Source of the DNA: Acidobacteriota bacterium
GTDB taxonomy: Bacteria; Acidobacteriota; UBA890; WLXD01
Length of the DNA stretch: 64,000 nucleotides
Direction of reading: 5' to 3'
NCBI GenBank assembly: GCA_963666055.2
Contig: CAXWPH010000015.1
Coordinates: 1,632,001 to 1,696,000 of the forward strand
The notes beneath the pieces are model-generated. The model was given only the letters and a program-made list of their open reading frames with translations, made no database searches and was not told where the DNA came from. Positions 20,814 to 30,272 of this stretch are shown piece after piece (within the stretch, counting starts at the first letter, position 1; every line of letters begins with the position of its first letter). A program made the position numbers and the translations under genes.

Positions 20814-22253
20814 ATGCGCAAGACTCTTACAGTGCTGCTGCTGTTGGCCACCCTCCCCGCCACGATTGCCGCGCGTCTGCTGCCGGCGGAAGACGATACC
20901 TGGGGGAGGTTTCGTGGCCCGAACGGCTCGGGCGTAGTAGAGACCAGTGCACTGCCGACGAGGTTCGGCCCCGACACCAACGTCATCTGGAAGACCGAGC
21001 TGGCGCCGGGCCACTCGTCGCCGATTCTCTCGGCGCGTCGGATCTTCTTGACCGCGACTGACGGCGATCGCTTGCTGACCATGGCGCTCGATCGCGAGAG
21101 CGGTGAGGTTTTGTGGCAGCGCGAGGCCCCTCGGCCAAGAGCCGACTTCTTCGACAATCGTAACAACGCGGCCTCGCCGAGCCCCGCGGTGAGCGATGGG
21201 GCCATCTTCGTGTTCTTTCCCGACTTCGGCATGCTGTCGTACACATTCGAGGGCGAGGAGCGCTGGAGCGTGCCGCTCGGGCCGTTCAACAACATCTATG
21301 GAATGGGCGCATCGCCGGTTGTCGTCGACGACAAGGTGATCCTCGTGTGCGACCAGAACGTCGGATCGTTCATGCTCGCGGTGCACAAGGATACCGGCGA
21401 GATCCTCTGGAAGGTCGAGCGGCCCGAGGCCAAGAGCGGGCACTCCACGCCGGTGCTGTGGGAGTCGCCGGAGGGCAAAACGCAACTGATCTTGCCAGGC
21501 TCCTTCTTGCTCGACTCCTACGATCCGGACACCGGCGAGAAGATCTGGTGGGTGCGTGGCCTCTCGTTCGAGATAAAGTCGACGCCGGTGATCCTGGACG
21601 ACGTCGCGTACATCAACGGGTACGGAGCGCCGATCAACCAGCCCGGGAATCAGGTCTTCCTGCCTTCTTTCGCCGAGGTCGTATCGCAGCGCGACGCCGA
21701 TGGCGACGGCGTCATCAAGGCCGATGAGATGCCTCGGAACCGCGCTCGAACTTGGTTCTATCTCGCCGATCTGGACGTCAACGATACGCTCGATGCGGAC
21801 GAATGGGCCTACCTGCGGGCAGCGCTGGAGAGCCGCAACGGCATGTTGGCGATTCGTCTGGGTGGCAGTGGTGATATGACCGACGAGAACTTGATCTGGG
21901 AGTACAACCGCTCCGTCCCGCAGTTGCCATCGCCCCTCATCTACAACAACGTCCTGTACATGGTGAACGACGGCGGCATCGTCACGTCGTTCGATCCGCA
22001 GACCGGCGAAGTGATCGCACAAGGACGTCTCAAGGGCGCGGTAGACCAGTACTACGCGTCGCCGATCGCCGCCGACGGCAAGGTCTTCATGCTGTCGGAG
22101 CTCGGCATGCTCTCGGTGCTCGAGCCGGACGGCGGCCTCGAGCCGATCACCGTGTCGGATCTCGACGACCTCTGCTACGCCACCCCAGCGATCGCCGACG
22201 GTCGAATCTACGTGCGCACCCGCGGCACGCTCTACGCGTTCGGGTTGAGCTGA
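20814..22253 (+). CDS. PQQ/BamB-like beta-propeller with EF-hand-like insert
   Basis: WGRFRGPNGSG, GHSSP, YATPAIADGRIYVRT; DADGDGVIKADE and DLDVNDTLDADE loops. Confidence 0.85.
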   Translation: MRKTLTVLLLLATLPATIAARLLPAEDDTWGRFRGPNGSGVVETSALPTRFGPDTNVIWKTELAPGHSSPILSARRIFLTATDGDRLLTMALDRESGEVLWQREAPRPRADFFDNRNNAASPSPAVSDGAIFVFFPDFGMLSYTFEGEERWSVPLGPFNNIYGMGASPVVVDDKVILVCDQNVGSFMLAVHKDTGEILWKVERPEAKSGHSTPVLWESPEGKTQLILPGSFLLDSYDPDTGEKIWWVRGLSFEIKSTPVILDDVAYINGYGAPINQPGNQVFLPSFAEVVSQRDADGDGVIKADEMPRNRARTWFYLADLDVNDTLDADEWAYLRAALESRNGMLAIRLGGSGDMTDENLIWEYNRSVPQLPSPLIYNNVLYMVNDGGIVTSFDPQTGEVIAQGRLKGAVDQYYASPIAADGKVFMLSELGMLSVLEPDGGLEPITVSDLDDLCYATPAIADGRIYVRTRGTLYAFGLS

Positions 22254-22378
22254 AGTTCCAGCTCGACCGTGTGGCTGTTGTTAGAGTCGGTGGTCTCGTA
22301 GCGGATCGCCAGCGGCCGTCGCTGGCGATGAAGCGCTCTCGCGATCCGGCCTGCTAGGCAGCTTGACGGACCGGCTTC

Positions 22379-22710
22379 TTAATCGGCCCGCAAGGCTACT
22401 ACCGGGTCGACCGCTGAGGCACGAATCGCCGGGAGCCAGCTCGCCACCAGGGCGACCAACCCGAGCATCGCCGCCACGCCCGCGTAGGTAGCCGGGTCGG
22501 TGGTGTCGACCTCGTACAGCAGTGAGGTCAACACGCTGCTGGCCGCGATGGCCGCCACCAGGCCGACGGCAATCCCCACGATGGCAAGAACGAGACCCCG
22601 ACGGACGACCATGGCCTGGACGCTTCGGCGCGAGGCTCCCAGCGCAATGCGCACGCCGATCTCCTGCGTGCGCTCGCTGACGACGTACGAGATCACGCCG
22701 TAGATGGTGG
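22379..22710 (-). pseudogene. C-terminal remnant of an ADOP/FtsX-type ABC permease
   Basis: IYGVISYVVSERTQEIGVRIALGA...WLPAIRASAVDPVVALRAD; similarity ends abruptly at the AT-rich palindromic segment. Confidence 0.85.
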
Positions 22711-22734
22711 GTGCTCCTGAATGTTCTGCAATAC

Positions 22735-22778
22735 GGCTATATAGGATCCTAGGTTTCAATCTAGGATCCTATATAGCC
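22735..22778. repeat. Perfect 18-bp inverted repeat with 8-nt spacer
   Basis: GGCTATATAGGATCCTAG-gtttcaat-CTAGGATCCTATATAGCC. Confidence 0.95.
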
Positions 22779-22867
22779 ATTTCATAGCAGCCCGCTAGCC
22801 GAGGTGGCGCGGCTCCGGCTCGTCGGAGCGGAACCCCGCGGATGAAATCGCGCCTGCCTCGAGCTCC

Positions 22868-23911
22868 CTACGCCACCTCTCGGAGTATCGCCCCGGAGGC
22901 GAACCCGGCGCCGAAGGCGACGTCGATCTCGATCCCAAGCCGCGATGCGCCGTTAGCTCGCGCGTTGGGATCGAGGTACCCAAGCGGGATCGACGCAGTC
23001 GACGTGTTGCCGAAATGCACGATCCCGTTCGTGTACACCCGCTCGAGCGGCATCCCGAGCTTGCTGGCAACGCTTTCGATAATGCGTAGGTTTGCCTGGT
23101 GCGGATAGACGAAGCTGACGTCGTCGAGGCTGACCGGGTCGGGATTGTCACGATTGTACTTCTCGACCACGGTGTGGATGTCGTTGACCATGGTGCGCAC
23201 CGCCACGCCGTACACCTTGCGGCCGCTCATGTGCAGATAGGGACGGACACCGGTCTGCTTGTTGGAGAACGGCTCGGGCGAATCCGCGGTCCACTGCGTT
23301 TCAAGTACCGGGTCGGAGTACAGGTAGTCGCCGTAGCGTCCGTCGGCGTGGGTGTGAATCGCCAGGATTCCGCCGCGATCCACCTGGCGCAGAACCACGG
23401 CGCCGGCCCCGTCGCCCAGCAAGACGCAGGTTCCGCGGTCCGTCCAGTCGGTAATGTGCGACAGGCCGTCCACACCGATCACCAACGAGATCAACTCATC
23501 GCCGTCGCGCACCTTCGAAACCCAGATCTTGTTGTACGCTTCCTCGACCGCATATATGAAGCCGGCACAGCCGGCAGATACGTCGGCGGCCGATGCGTTG
23601 AAGGCGCCGATTGCCGCCTGCACCTGGGTGGCCAGACTCGGGAAGCGCGCCCAGGTGTTTACCCCGACGCGGATGTCGCCAACCTGCTCTGGCGTGACCC
23701 CGGCGTCGTCAAGCGCCTGCCGGGCGGCGGCCACCGCCATGTCGAGGATGGTCTCGTCCGCTGCCAGGATGCGGCGCTCACGAATGCCCGTGCGCCGCTG
23801 GATCCACTCGTCGGTGGTGTCGATGATTCGTTCGAGGTCGTTGTTGGTAAGGACTGTGGAAGGCACGTAGGCACCGAAGCCCACGTAGCCGATGGAAAGA
23901 TCCGGCTTCAT
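22868..23911 (-). CDS. fabH: 3-oxoacyl-ACP synthase III
   Basis: DTTDEWIQRRTGIRERR, SAGCAGF, PHQAN, GNTSTAS and FGAGF (Cys-His-Asn triad). Start could be 23974. Confidence 0.9.
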   Translation of the reverse strand: MKPDLSIGYVGFGAYVPSTVLTNNDLERIIDTTDEWIQRRTGIRERRILAADETILDMAVAAARQALDDAGVTPEQVGDIRVGVNTWARFPSLATQVQAAIGAFNASAADVSAGCAGFIYAVEEAYNKIWVSKVRDGDELISLVIGVDGLSHITDWTDRGTCVLLGDGAGAVVLRQVDRGGILAIHTHADGRYGDYLYSDPVLETQWTADSPEPFSNKQTGVRPYLHMSGRKVYGVAVRTMVNDIHTVVEKYNRDNPDPVSLDDVSFVYPHQANLRIIESVASKLGMPLERVYTNGIVHFGNTSTASIPLGYLDPNARANGASRLGIEIDVAFGAGFASGAILREVA

Positions 23912-24051
23912 GTCGGGCCTGTACCGGGGCGCACGAGTCGCCCTCGGTTGGTTTACCGCGCGGAATGAGAGCATGGCGCGGATGATGGAGGGGTCGGAAA
24001 GTAAGAAGTATGTACTGGAGGTTCCTACCCTTTGCGCCTGGCTGTCAATAG

Positions 24052-25101
24052 CTAGCGCACACCGGTCTCAAACTCGACGGCGAGCTTCACGTCTTCCTCC
24101 GACCCCATGTAAAGGGGTACCCGCTCGTGCAGCTCGGTAGATTGCACATCGAGGATGCGCTCGGTCCCGGTTGAAGCCATACCGCCGGCCCGCTCGATGA
24201 TCATTCCCATGGGGTTGGCCTCGTACATCAGACGCAGCTTGCCGCCCGGAGCGTTGTGCGTAGCCGGGTACATGAAGAGTCCGCCATAGAGCAGCGTACG
24301 GTGCACGTCGGCGACCATCGAGCCGATGTAGCGTCCCGAGTACGGTCGCCCCGTCGACGCGTCGTCCTCCTGGAGATAGTCCAAGAATCGACGAGTGCTT
24401 TCGAAGAAGATGTTCCGATAGCCCTCGTTGGTGCTGTAGATGCTGCCCTTCTTGGGGATCTCGATATTCGGATGCGAGAGCAGAAACTCGCCGATGCTCG
24501 GGTCCAGCGTAAAGCCGCTGACGCCGTCGCCGGTGGTGTAGACCAACATGGTGCTCGAACCGTAGAGGATGTACCCGGCTGCCACCTGCTCGGATCCCTT
24601 GCGCAGTAGATCCACCAGGCTGCCATGTCCCGGCTCGGTAAGCCGACGGTAGATCGACCAGATCGAGCCGATCGATACGTTGGCGTCGATGTTCGATGAC
24701 CCGTCCAACGGATCGAACAGCAGCACGTAATCACCGGTGGCGAATTTGTCTGGAATGGCGATCGGCTCGTCGGCTTCCTCCGAGCCCATCAAACACAGCA
24801 TGCCACCGTGATCGAAGTTCTTGATAAAGCACTCGTTGGCGAACTCATCGAGCTTCTGCACCCTCTCGCCTTGGACGTTCGTTGTCCCGGTCTCGCCGAC
24901 GATGTCTACCAGGCCCGCCTTGTTGACCTCGCGGGCGATGAGCTTGCCGGTGAGCGCGATGTCGTAGAGCAGTCGCGTCAAGGTGCCGGTGGCGTCGGGA
25001 TGCTGTGTCTGGCGATCGAGAACGTGGCGCTCGATCGTGACGATTTGGTTGGGCCGCGTGACGATCGGCGTCTTCACTGCTGCGGCCGGGCGGCTGGGCA
25101 T
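24052..25101 (-). CDS. fbp: Fructose-1,6-bisphosphatase class I
   Basis: [36 protein letters not shown]. Confidence 0.97.
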   Translation of the reverse strand: MPSRPAAAVKTPIVTRPNQIVTIERHVLDRQTQHPDATGTLTRLLYDIALTGKLIAREVNKAGLVDIVGETGTTNVQGERVQKLDEFANECFIKNFDHGGMLCLMGSEEADEPIAIPDKFATGDYVLLFDPLDGSSNIDANVSIGSIWSIYRRLTEPGHGSLVDLLRKGSEQVAAGYILYGSSTMLVYTTGDGVSGFTLDPSIGEFLLSHPNIEIPKKGSIYSTNEGYRNIFFESTRRFLDYLQEDDASTGRPYSGRYIGSMVADVHRTLLYGGLFMYPATHNAPGGKLRLMYEANPMGMIIERAGGMASTGTERILDVQSTELHERVPLYMGSEEDVKLAVEFETGVR

Positions 25102-25256
25102 GAGGTTCCTCCGAGCGTCTGCTGACGCGGGACACTCTACGCTGCGGATACGTGGTCAGCCTAATTCTCGCCTGCCGACGGCTGAAATCAAGCGCGGCGG
25201 CCCGTCTCATCTCTTGCAGGACAGTTGGGCATGCCCCTGCAGGAGCCCTGATACCG

Positions 25257-25622
25257 ATGGTGAGCTCGTTCGTCGTTGCCCGTCGCCGCATCGCGCAGTG
25301 CCGTATTTGTCTGGAGCGAGATGCCAGCTTGGGGATCATCCCGGCAGCGGCGCAAGCGGACGTCGACCGGTGCTACCTGGCGGTGGCGACCATCCTCGAC
25401 GATGCACGAGGCGAGATCGAGGCGGCAGGACCCCGCTTGGATCGGGATGGGATGTTCCGCGAGGAATTCATCGGTGGATGCCTGGTATTGGCCCAGTGCA
25501 TGTTCCGCGCCATGTACAGAGAGGCCTGCCCGCTGGCGTTGCGCCGGGTTGCAGGCTGCCTGTGCGCCCAGGCGCGCGGTCTGAAGGGGTACCTCTGGGC
25601 GCGCCTGGAGCGTGTCGCGTAA
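25257..25622 (+). CDS. Cys-rich hypothetical protein (121 aa)
   Basis: AGGAG upstream; fills the gap between fbp and the cyclase; no family recognised. Confidence 0.45.
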   Translation: MVSSFVVARRRIAQCRICLERDASLGIIPAAAQADVDRCYLAVATILDDARGEIEAAGPRLDRDGMFREEFIGGCLVLAQCMFRAMYREACPLALRRVAGCLCAQARGLKGYLWARLERVA

Positions 25623-25680
25623 GGCCGAGCGACCTCATCTCGGGAGGCAATCGATCGGTCGAACCGGCATACTGGGCGCC

Positions 25681-26604
25681 ATGTTCGCAGCCGCAGATAT
25701 CCGCACCCCCAGGGCGCATCGCCGATCGCGTACTGGCGGCCTGGTGCTGGTGATCGGTGCCTGTGCCCTGGGCTGCACGAGCGCGCCAGACAGCGGCGAT
25801 GGGCCGCCGCCCGGCAGCGTAGATTTGCCGGTGGCCGCCGTCAGCGCCCCGCCGGCGGTGCTCGTCGAATCCGATCCCGCGGCGAGCCACCAGACCGGCC
25901 GCGCACCTCGCATCCAGACCTACGAGGTGGTGCGCAGCTATCCACACGATCCGGAAGCGTTTACTCAGGGGCTCGTATTTCACCGTGGCCATCTCTATGA
26001 GGGCACCGGGCGCCGCGGCGAATCGTCGCTTCGAAAGGTCGAGCTGGAGACCGGTCGGGTGCTCGAATCCGCCGACTTACCACCGATGTTCTTCGGTGAA
26101 GGGATCGCTATCCTCGGCCAGCGCGTCTATCAGCTCACCTGGCAGTCCGGCACAGGTTTCGTCTACGACCTCGAGAGCTTCACTGTCGTGGCGCAGTTTC
26201 GGCAGTTCACCGAGGGGTGGGGGCTGACCCACGACGGCAAACAGCTCATCCTGAGTGACGGGAGCTCGCGGATCTACTTCCTCGATCCCGGATCGGTCGC
26301 TCCAGTGCGGCAGATCGAGGTGCGCGATCAGGGGCGCCCAGTAGACTTGATCAACGAGCTCGAGTACATAGACGGCGAGATTTACGCCAACGTCTGGCAT
26401 AGCAACGACATCCTGCGGATCTCTCCTCGCACCGGCGAGGTGCTCGCACGGATCGACATGTCGGGCATTATTGACGCAGAGCTAATTGGCGATCCCGAGG
26501 CGGTGCTCAACGGCATCGCCTACGATGCGGCGAGCCGACGGACGTTCGTCACCGGCAAGCTCTGGCCGCGACTCTTCGAGGTGCGGTTCATCAGCCAGCG
26601 CTGA
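25681..26604 (+). CDS. Glutaminyl-peptide cyclotransferase (bacterial/plant type), lipoprotein
   Basis: PHDPEAFTQGL, FGEG, EGWGLT, NELE, VLNGIAYD, TGKLWP. Start uncertain. Confidence 0.93.
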   Translation: MFAAADIRTPRAHRRSRTGGLVLVIGACALGCTSAPDSGDGPPPGSVDLPVAAVSAPPAVLVESDPAASHQTGRAPRIQTYEVVRSYPHDPEAFTQGLVFHRGHLYEGTGRRGESSLRKVELETGRVLESADLPPMFFGEGIAILGQRVYQLTWQSGTGFVYDLESFTVVAQFRQFTEGWGLTHDGKQLILSDGSSRIYFLDPGSVAPVRQIEVRDQGRPVDLINELEYIDGEIYANVWHSNDILRISPRTGEVLARIDMSGIIDAELIGDPEAVLNGIAYDAASRRTFVTGKLWPRLFEVRFISQR

Positions 26605-26661
26605 CCTCCGGGTGACGCCGGCTGAAACCAGTGGTGCTCGCCCGCATCGGGCGTTCGCAGC

Positions 26662-26913
26662 TCAGATCGAGCCCTCGGTCTTGGCGAACGAGGAGTCCTT
26701 GTCGCCGCCAAACCGATACCCGCCGCTGAAACCGATCTTCTTGTGCTCGATCGCAATCACCTGCGAGCTGTTGAGCACCACGGTCGCTTGCTCACCCTCG
26801 ATCGAGGCGGCCTTGCGTGGCAGTAGCTCGACGAACCTGCCATCGCACAGGAAGCGCGCATCGTCCGCCTCGATGACGGTGTCGTCGGTGAGCTCGATCT
26901 CATAGCGCGCCAT
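26662..26913 (-). CDS. Small hypothetical protein (83 aa)
   Basis: Globular-looking sequence; extended -10 TGGTAAAAT 8 nt before the ATG. Confidence 0.65.
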   Translation of the reverse strand: MARYEIELTDDTVIEADDARFLCDGRFVELLPRKAASIEGEQATVVLNSSQVIAIEHKKIGFSGGYRFGGDKDSSFAKTEGSI

Positions 26914-26949
26914 GGGTCAAGATTTTACCAGGCGGTCACAAGGGCGGAG

Positions 26950-27228
26950 CTAGCAGGCCGTGGTGGAAGTGTGACGGGCCTGGCGACAGGGTCTTGCGAG
27001 GTGGAGGCAAGGAGAGAGAAGGAGGCGATGGTTACCCCATCGTCGACGACGAACGACGCAGTATACGCGCGCAACCCCCTGTCGCCCAAAGGGTTACGGC
27101 GATTCGGGGCCATCTGCAGCGTTGGCCTTCCTCGACGATGGCTAGGGCATCGCCAGTGTCAGGCCGCCTTGCATCTGGCCCCAACTCGCCGCAACCAGGC
27201 CCGCCACACTTTCACCACGGCCTGCTAG
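26950..27228. mobile_element. MITE-like element, TIR type B, full copy 1 (279 bp)
   Basis: CTAGCAGGCCGTGGTGGAAGTGTG ... CACACTTTCACCACGGCCTGCTAG; close homolog at 62810-63088. Confidence 0.92.
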
Positions 27229-27371
27229 CGCAGGTTGCCTGGTGTCCTCGGCGCGCGACGAACGACCACTACGGCGAGCTCGCGCCGTAGCTCGACCGCC
27301 GTCCGGATGACCGTCCAGCCCGACCAGAGCGCCAGCGCAGCGAGCGACAGAGGGATGATTTGATCCAGCAT
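27225..27371 (-). CDS. 48-aa single-TM small protein
   Basis: AAAGGA RBS; MLDQIIPLSLAALALWSGWTVIRTAVELRRE...; stop lies in the element's CTAG. Confidence 0.5.
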   Translation of the reverse strand: MLDQIIPLSLAALALWSGWTVIRTAVELRRELAVVVVRRAPRTPGNLR

Positions 27372-27388
27372 CTGCAAGTCCTTTGAGT

Positions 27389-27431
27389 CCCGGGTCGTCG
27401 AGCTCCCCGTGCTCCGGCTCGACGACCCGGG
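27389..27431. repeat. Perfect 15-bp hairpin
   Basis: CCCGGGTCGTCGAGC-13nt-GCTCGACGACCCGGG. Confidence 0.9.
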
Positions 27432-27641
27432 TTTCGTAGTCCGTTTTCCCGTTCCTTGTCGTGTTAGACGCGTGAGCAACGGGTTCGGTTGCTCTCGGTA
27501 TCTACTTATTCGCTCGAACGACCGTAGAAGTTTCAGTTTGTGTGACGATGACCTTCGAATATGCGCAACTATCGGGTCGCGACCTGTCCGGATGGCGCGT
27601 AGCGTAGGCTCTTCGATGACAACAAGCGCCGAGGGGATTCG

Positions 27642-28484
27642 ATGAGCGCAGACTATCGCCGCATCCAGGAAGCCATCCGATATGTGCGGTTTCATGCCGA
27701 CGAGCAGCCGCAACTGGACGATGTGGCAGCTCATGTCGAGCTTAGCAAGTTCCACTTCCAGCGCCTGTTCCGGCGCTGGGCCGGCGTGTCGCCGAAGCGC
27801 TTCCTACAGTTCGTTACGGTGCAACACGCCAAGCGGCTGCTGCGAGAGTCGGCGTCGGTGCTCGAAGCGTCTCTCGAGACCGGGTTGTCGGGACCGTCCA
27901 GGTTGCACGACCTGTTCGTCAGCGCCGAGGCGGTGACGCCCGGTGAATACAAGTGGGGCGGCGCCGGTTTGGAGCTGCGGTTCGGCTTTCATGAATCCGC
28001 GTTCGGAGAATTCTTGATCGCTACGAGCGACCGGGGTATTGCAGCGCTAGCGTTTACCGATGCCCGGGGGCATGAGGCGGCCGTCGACGATCTTGCCTCC
28101 GACTGGAGCGCGGCGGCGTTGTTGCGCGACGATGCTGGCACGGCAGCGGCAGCACGCCAGGCATTCGCGTTCGATCGGGCCGATCGACCGCCGCGGCTGT
28201 TGCTACGCGGCACCAATTTCCAGATCCAGGTTTGGCGGGCGCTGCTGGCCATTCCGCCAGGAGCGGTCGTTTCGTACGGCGACGTGGCGACGTCGATCGG
28301 TCGGCCTGCCGCGTCGCGCGCCGTTGCCAGCGCCATCGCCAGCAACAGGATCGCCTGCCTGATCCCCTGTCATCGCGTGCTCCGTGCCAGTGGCGACTTC
28401 GGTGACTATCGCTGGGATCCGGCGCGCAAGGTTGCCATGCTCGGTTGGGAGGCGGCACACCTGGAGGTCGCCGTGCATGCCTGA
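27642..28484 (+). CDS. AraC-HTH plus O6-methylguanine-DNA methyltransferase (Ada-like, no Zn domain)
   Basis: SKFHFQRLFRRWAGVSPKRF, GTNFQIQVW, active site IPCHRV. Confidence 0.93.
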   Translation: MSADYRRIQEAIRYVRFHADEQPQLDDVAAHVELSKFHFQRLFRRWAGVSPKRFLQFVTVQHAKRLLRESASVLEASLETGLSGPSRLHDLFVSAEAVTPGEYKWGGAGLELRFGFHESAFGEFLIATSDRGIAALAFTDARGHEAAVDDLASDWSAAALLRDDAGTAAAARQAFAFDRADRPPRLLLRGTNFQIQVWRALLAIPPGAVVSYGDVATSIGRPAASRAVASAIASNRIACLIPCHRVLRASGDFGDYRWDPARKVAMLGWEAAHLEVAVHA

Positions 28485-29886
28485 CACCGAGCTGGCGGCG
28501 GCGTTGCGACGCCTGCGCCAGGTCGCGGAGGCAATGAACGAGCAGGTCGCCGATGGCCCGGTTTCCAAGTCGCGCACCGTGGCCGACGTACGCGCCCGGA
28601 TCGATGGTCTCTTCGATCTTGCCGAACCGACCTCACCCGACGAGCTAGTCGAACGGGTTGTCGAGCGGTTGGCGGCCGACACCGTGCAGGTCACTCACCC
28701 GCGCTACTTCGGGCTCTTCAACCCCGCTGTTCCGCCGATCACGGTGGTCGCGGATGCCCTGGTGGCGATGTTCAACCCACAGCTTGCTGCATGGGAGCAT
28801 TCGCCTGCGGCTCAGGAGATGGAGCGCCTGGTGCTCGGCGCGCTGGGACGGCTTGTCGGCCTGGAGCTCGACGGCGGCATGGCCCACTTCACCAGCGGTG
28901 GCGCCGAGGCCAACGGTACCGCGACGCTGGCGGCGCTGGTGGCGGCGTTCCCGGCTCTGCCTGCGACCGGACTGCGAGCGCTGCCGGCGCAACCAACGCT
29001 CTATCTTTCCGGGCAAGGTCACGACACCTTCTTGAAGATCGCCGTTGCCTGTGGGCTGGGCCGGAAGGCGGTGCGGCGTGTCCCGGTTGACGACGACTTC
29101 CGCATGGACGTGGCGGCGTTGCGCGATCAGCTGCGCCGAGACCGAGCCCGCGGTGAGCAGCCGTTTCTGGTGGTCGGGACCGCCGGCACGACATCGACGG
29201 GAGTGATCGACCCGCTCGAGTCGATCGCCGAGGTGGCGAGCGAAGAGCGTCTCTGGATGCACGCCGACGCCGCCTGGGGCGGTGGTGCGCTCCTGTCGGA
29301 GCGCCTCCGACCGGCGCTTGCCGGCATCGACGCGGCTGATTCGATCACCTGGGACGCGCACAAGTGGCTATCGGTGCCGATGGCCGCCGGTATGTTCTTC
29401 AGCCGCCGTCCCGCCGCCGTACGCGCCGCGTTCGACGTCCACGCGACGTATGTGCCGCCCAGTCCCGAAGGCGCTGACGATCCCTATACGGTGTCGTGGC
29501 AGTGGAGCCGTCGGTTCATCGGCCTGAAGGTGTTCATGGCTCTGGCCGAGGTCGGGCTGCAGGGCTACGGGGAGCGCGTCGAGCATCAGGCGGATATGGG
29601 CGATCGCTTGCGACGACGATTGCGGGAATCCGGCTGGTTGCTGTGCAACCGTACTCCGCTGCCACTGGTGTGCTTCAGCCATCCGCAGATCGAATCCGGC
29701 CACACCACCGCGCCCGAGGTGGTGGCGCGGGTCATCGCCTCGGGGCAGGCTTGGGCCTCGACGATTCGCCTGCCCACCGGCGCGGAGGTCATTCGCGCCT
29801 GCGTCTGCAACTATCGCACCAGCCCCGAAGATATCGATGCCACCGTGCGTGCGTTCGACAGCGCGCTACCGATGACCGATGGCTAG
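28477..29886 (+). CDS. Group II PLP-dependent decarboxylase
   Basis: HPRYFG, TSGGAEAN, GTAGTT, HADAAWGG and PLP lysine DAHKW. Confidence 0.92.
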   Translation: MPDTELAAALRRLRQVAEAMNEQVADGPVSKSRTVADVRARIDGLFDLAEPTSPDELVERVVERLAADTVQVTHPRYFGLFNPAVPPITVVADALVAMFNPQLAAWEHSPAAQEMERLVLGALGRLVGLELDGGMAHFTSGGAEANGTATLAALVAAFPALPATGLRALPAQPTLYLSGQGHDTFLKIAVACGLGRKAVRRVPVDDDFRMDVAALRDQLRRDRARGEQPFLVVGTAGTTSTGVIDPLESIAEVASEERLWMHADAAWGGGALLSERLRPALAGIDAADSITWDAHKWLSVPMAAGMFFSRRPAAVRAAFDVHATYVPPSPEGADDPYTVSWQWSRRFIGLKVFMALAEVGLQGYGERVEHQADMGDRLRRRLRESGWLLCNRTPLPLVCFSHPQIESGHTTAPEVVARVIASGQAWASTIRLPTGAEVIRACVCNYRTSPEDIDATVRAFDSALPMTDG

Positions 29887-29918
29887 CGGCAGGCCGCACT
29901 TCCACCACGGCCTGCTAG
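29883..29918. mobile_element. Collapsed 36-bp TIR type B element
   Basis: CTAGCGGCAGGCCGCACTTCCACCACGGCCTGCTAG; overlaps the stop codons of both convergent genes. Confidence 0.8.
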
Positions 29919-30244
29919 GGCTCCTCCTCGGGTAGCCAGCGGTGGCAACCCATGTCGACGCGTCCGTCGCTCCCGAAGCCCACGCCCTCGCCCTCGAGCC
30001 GCTGTCGCTGGCGTCCGGGGGACGTTCCCGCGACGCGATCCGTCGAGCACTCTCCGCGCACGTTCACCACGCGGTGCCACGGAACGTCGTCCGGACAATC
30101 GTGCATGGCCCAGCCGACGGCACGCGGTGTCAGCGGTCGGGTGTGGAGCGCAGCTACCTGGCCGTAGTTCATTACCTTTCCAGAGGGAATCTGGCGCACG
30201 ATGTCCCATACCTCGTGCCAGGCGCTGGTCTCACCGTTGTTCAC
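29915..30244 (-). CDS. Alkyltransferase-like protein (ATL, MGMT family)
   Basis: IPSGKVMNYGQVA, PRAVGWAM, and PWHRV (Trp in place of the catalytic Cys). Confidence 0.9.
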   Translation of the reverse strand: MNNGETSAWHEVWDIVRQIPSGKVMNYGQVAALHTRPLTPRAVGWAMHDCPDDVPWHRVVNVRGECSTDRVAGTSPGRQRQRLEGEGVGFGSDGRVDMGCHRWLPEEEP

Positions 30245-30272
30245 CGACCGGGCTTGCCTCCCGTTGCGCCTG

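Noticed and set aside
20406-22022. Long antisense ORFs (this one, 6619-8115, 16755-18170, 42153-43469, 57880-59202 and others)
   Set aside because: Shadows of well-supported genes on the opposite strand in high-GC DNA.
26971-27228. 85-aa ORF open in both type B elements (also 62831-63088)
   Set aside because: Many amino-acid-changing differences between copies, no recognisable domain, and open frames are common in GC-rich palindromic DNA; structure explains the conservation better.
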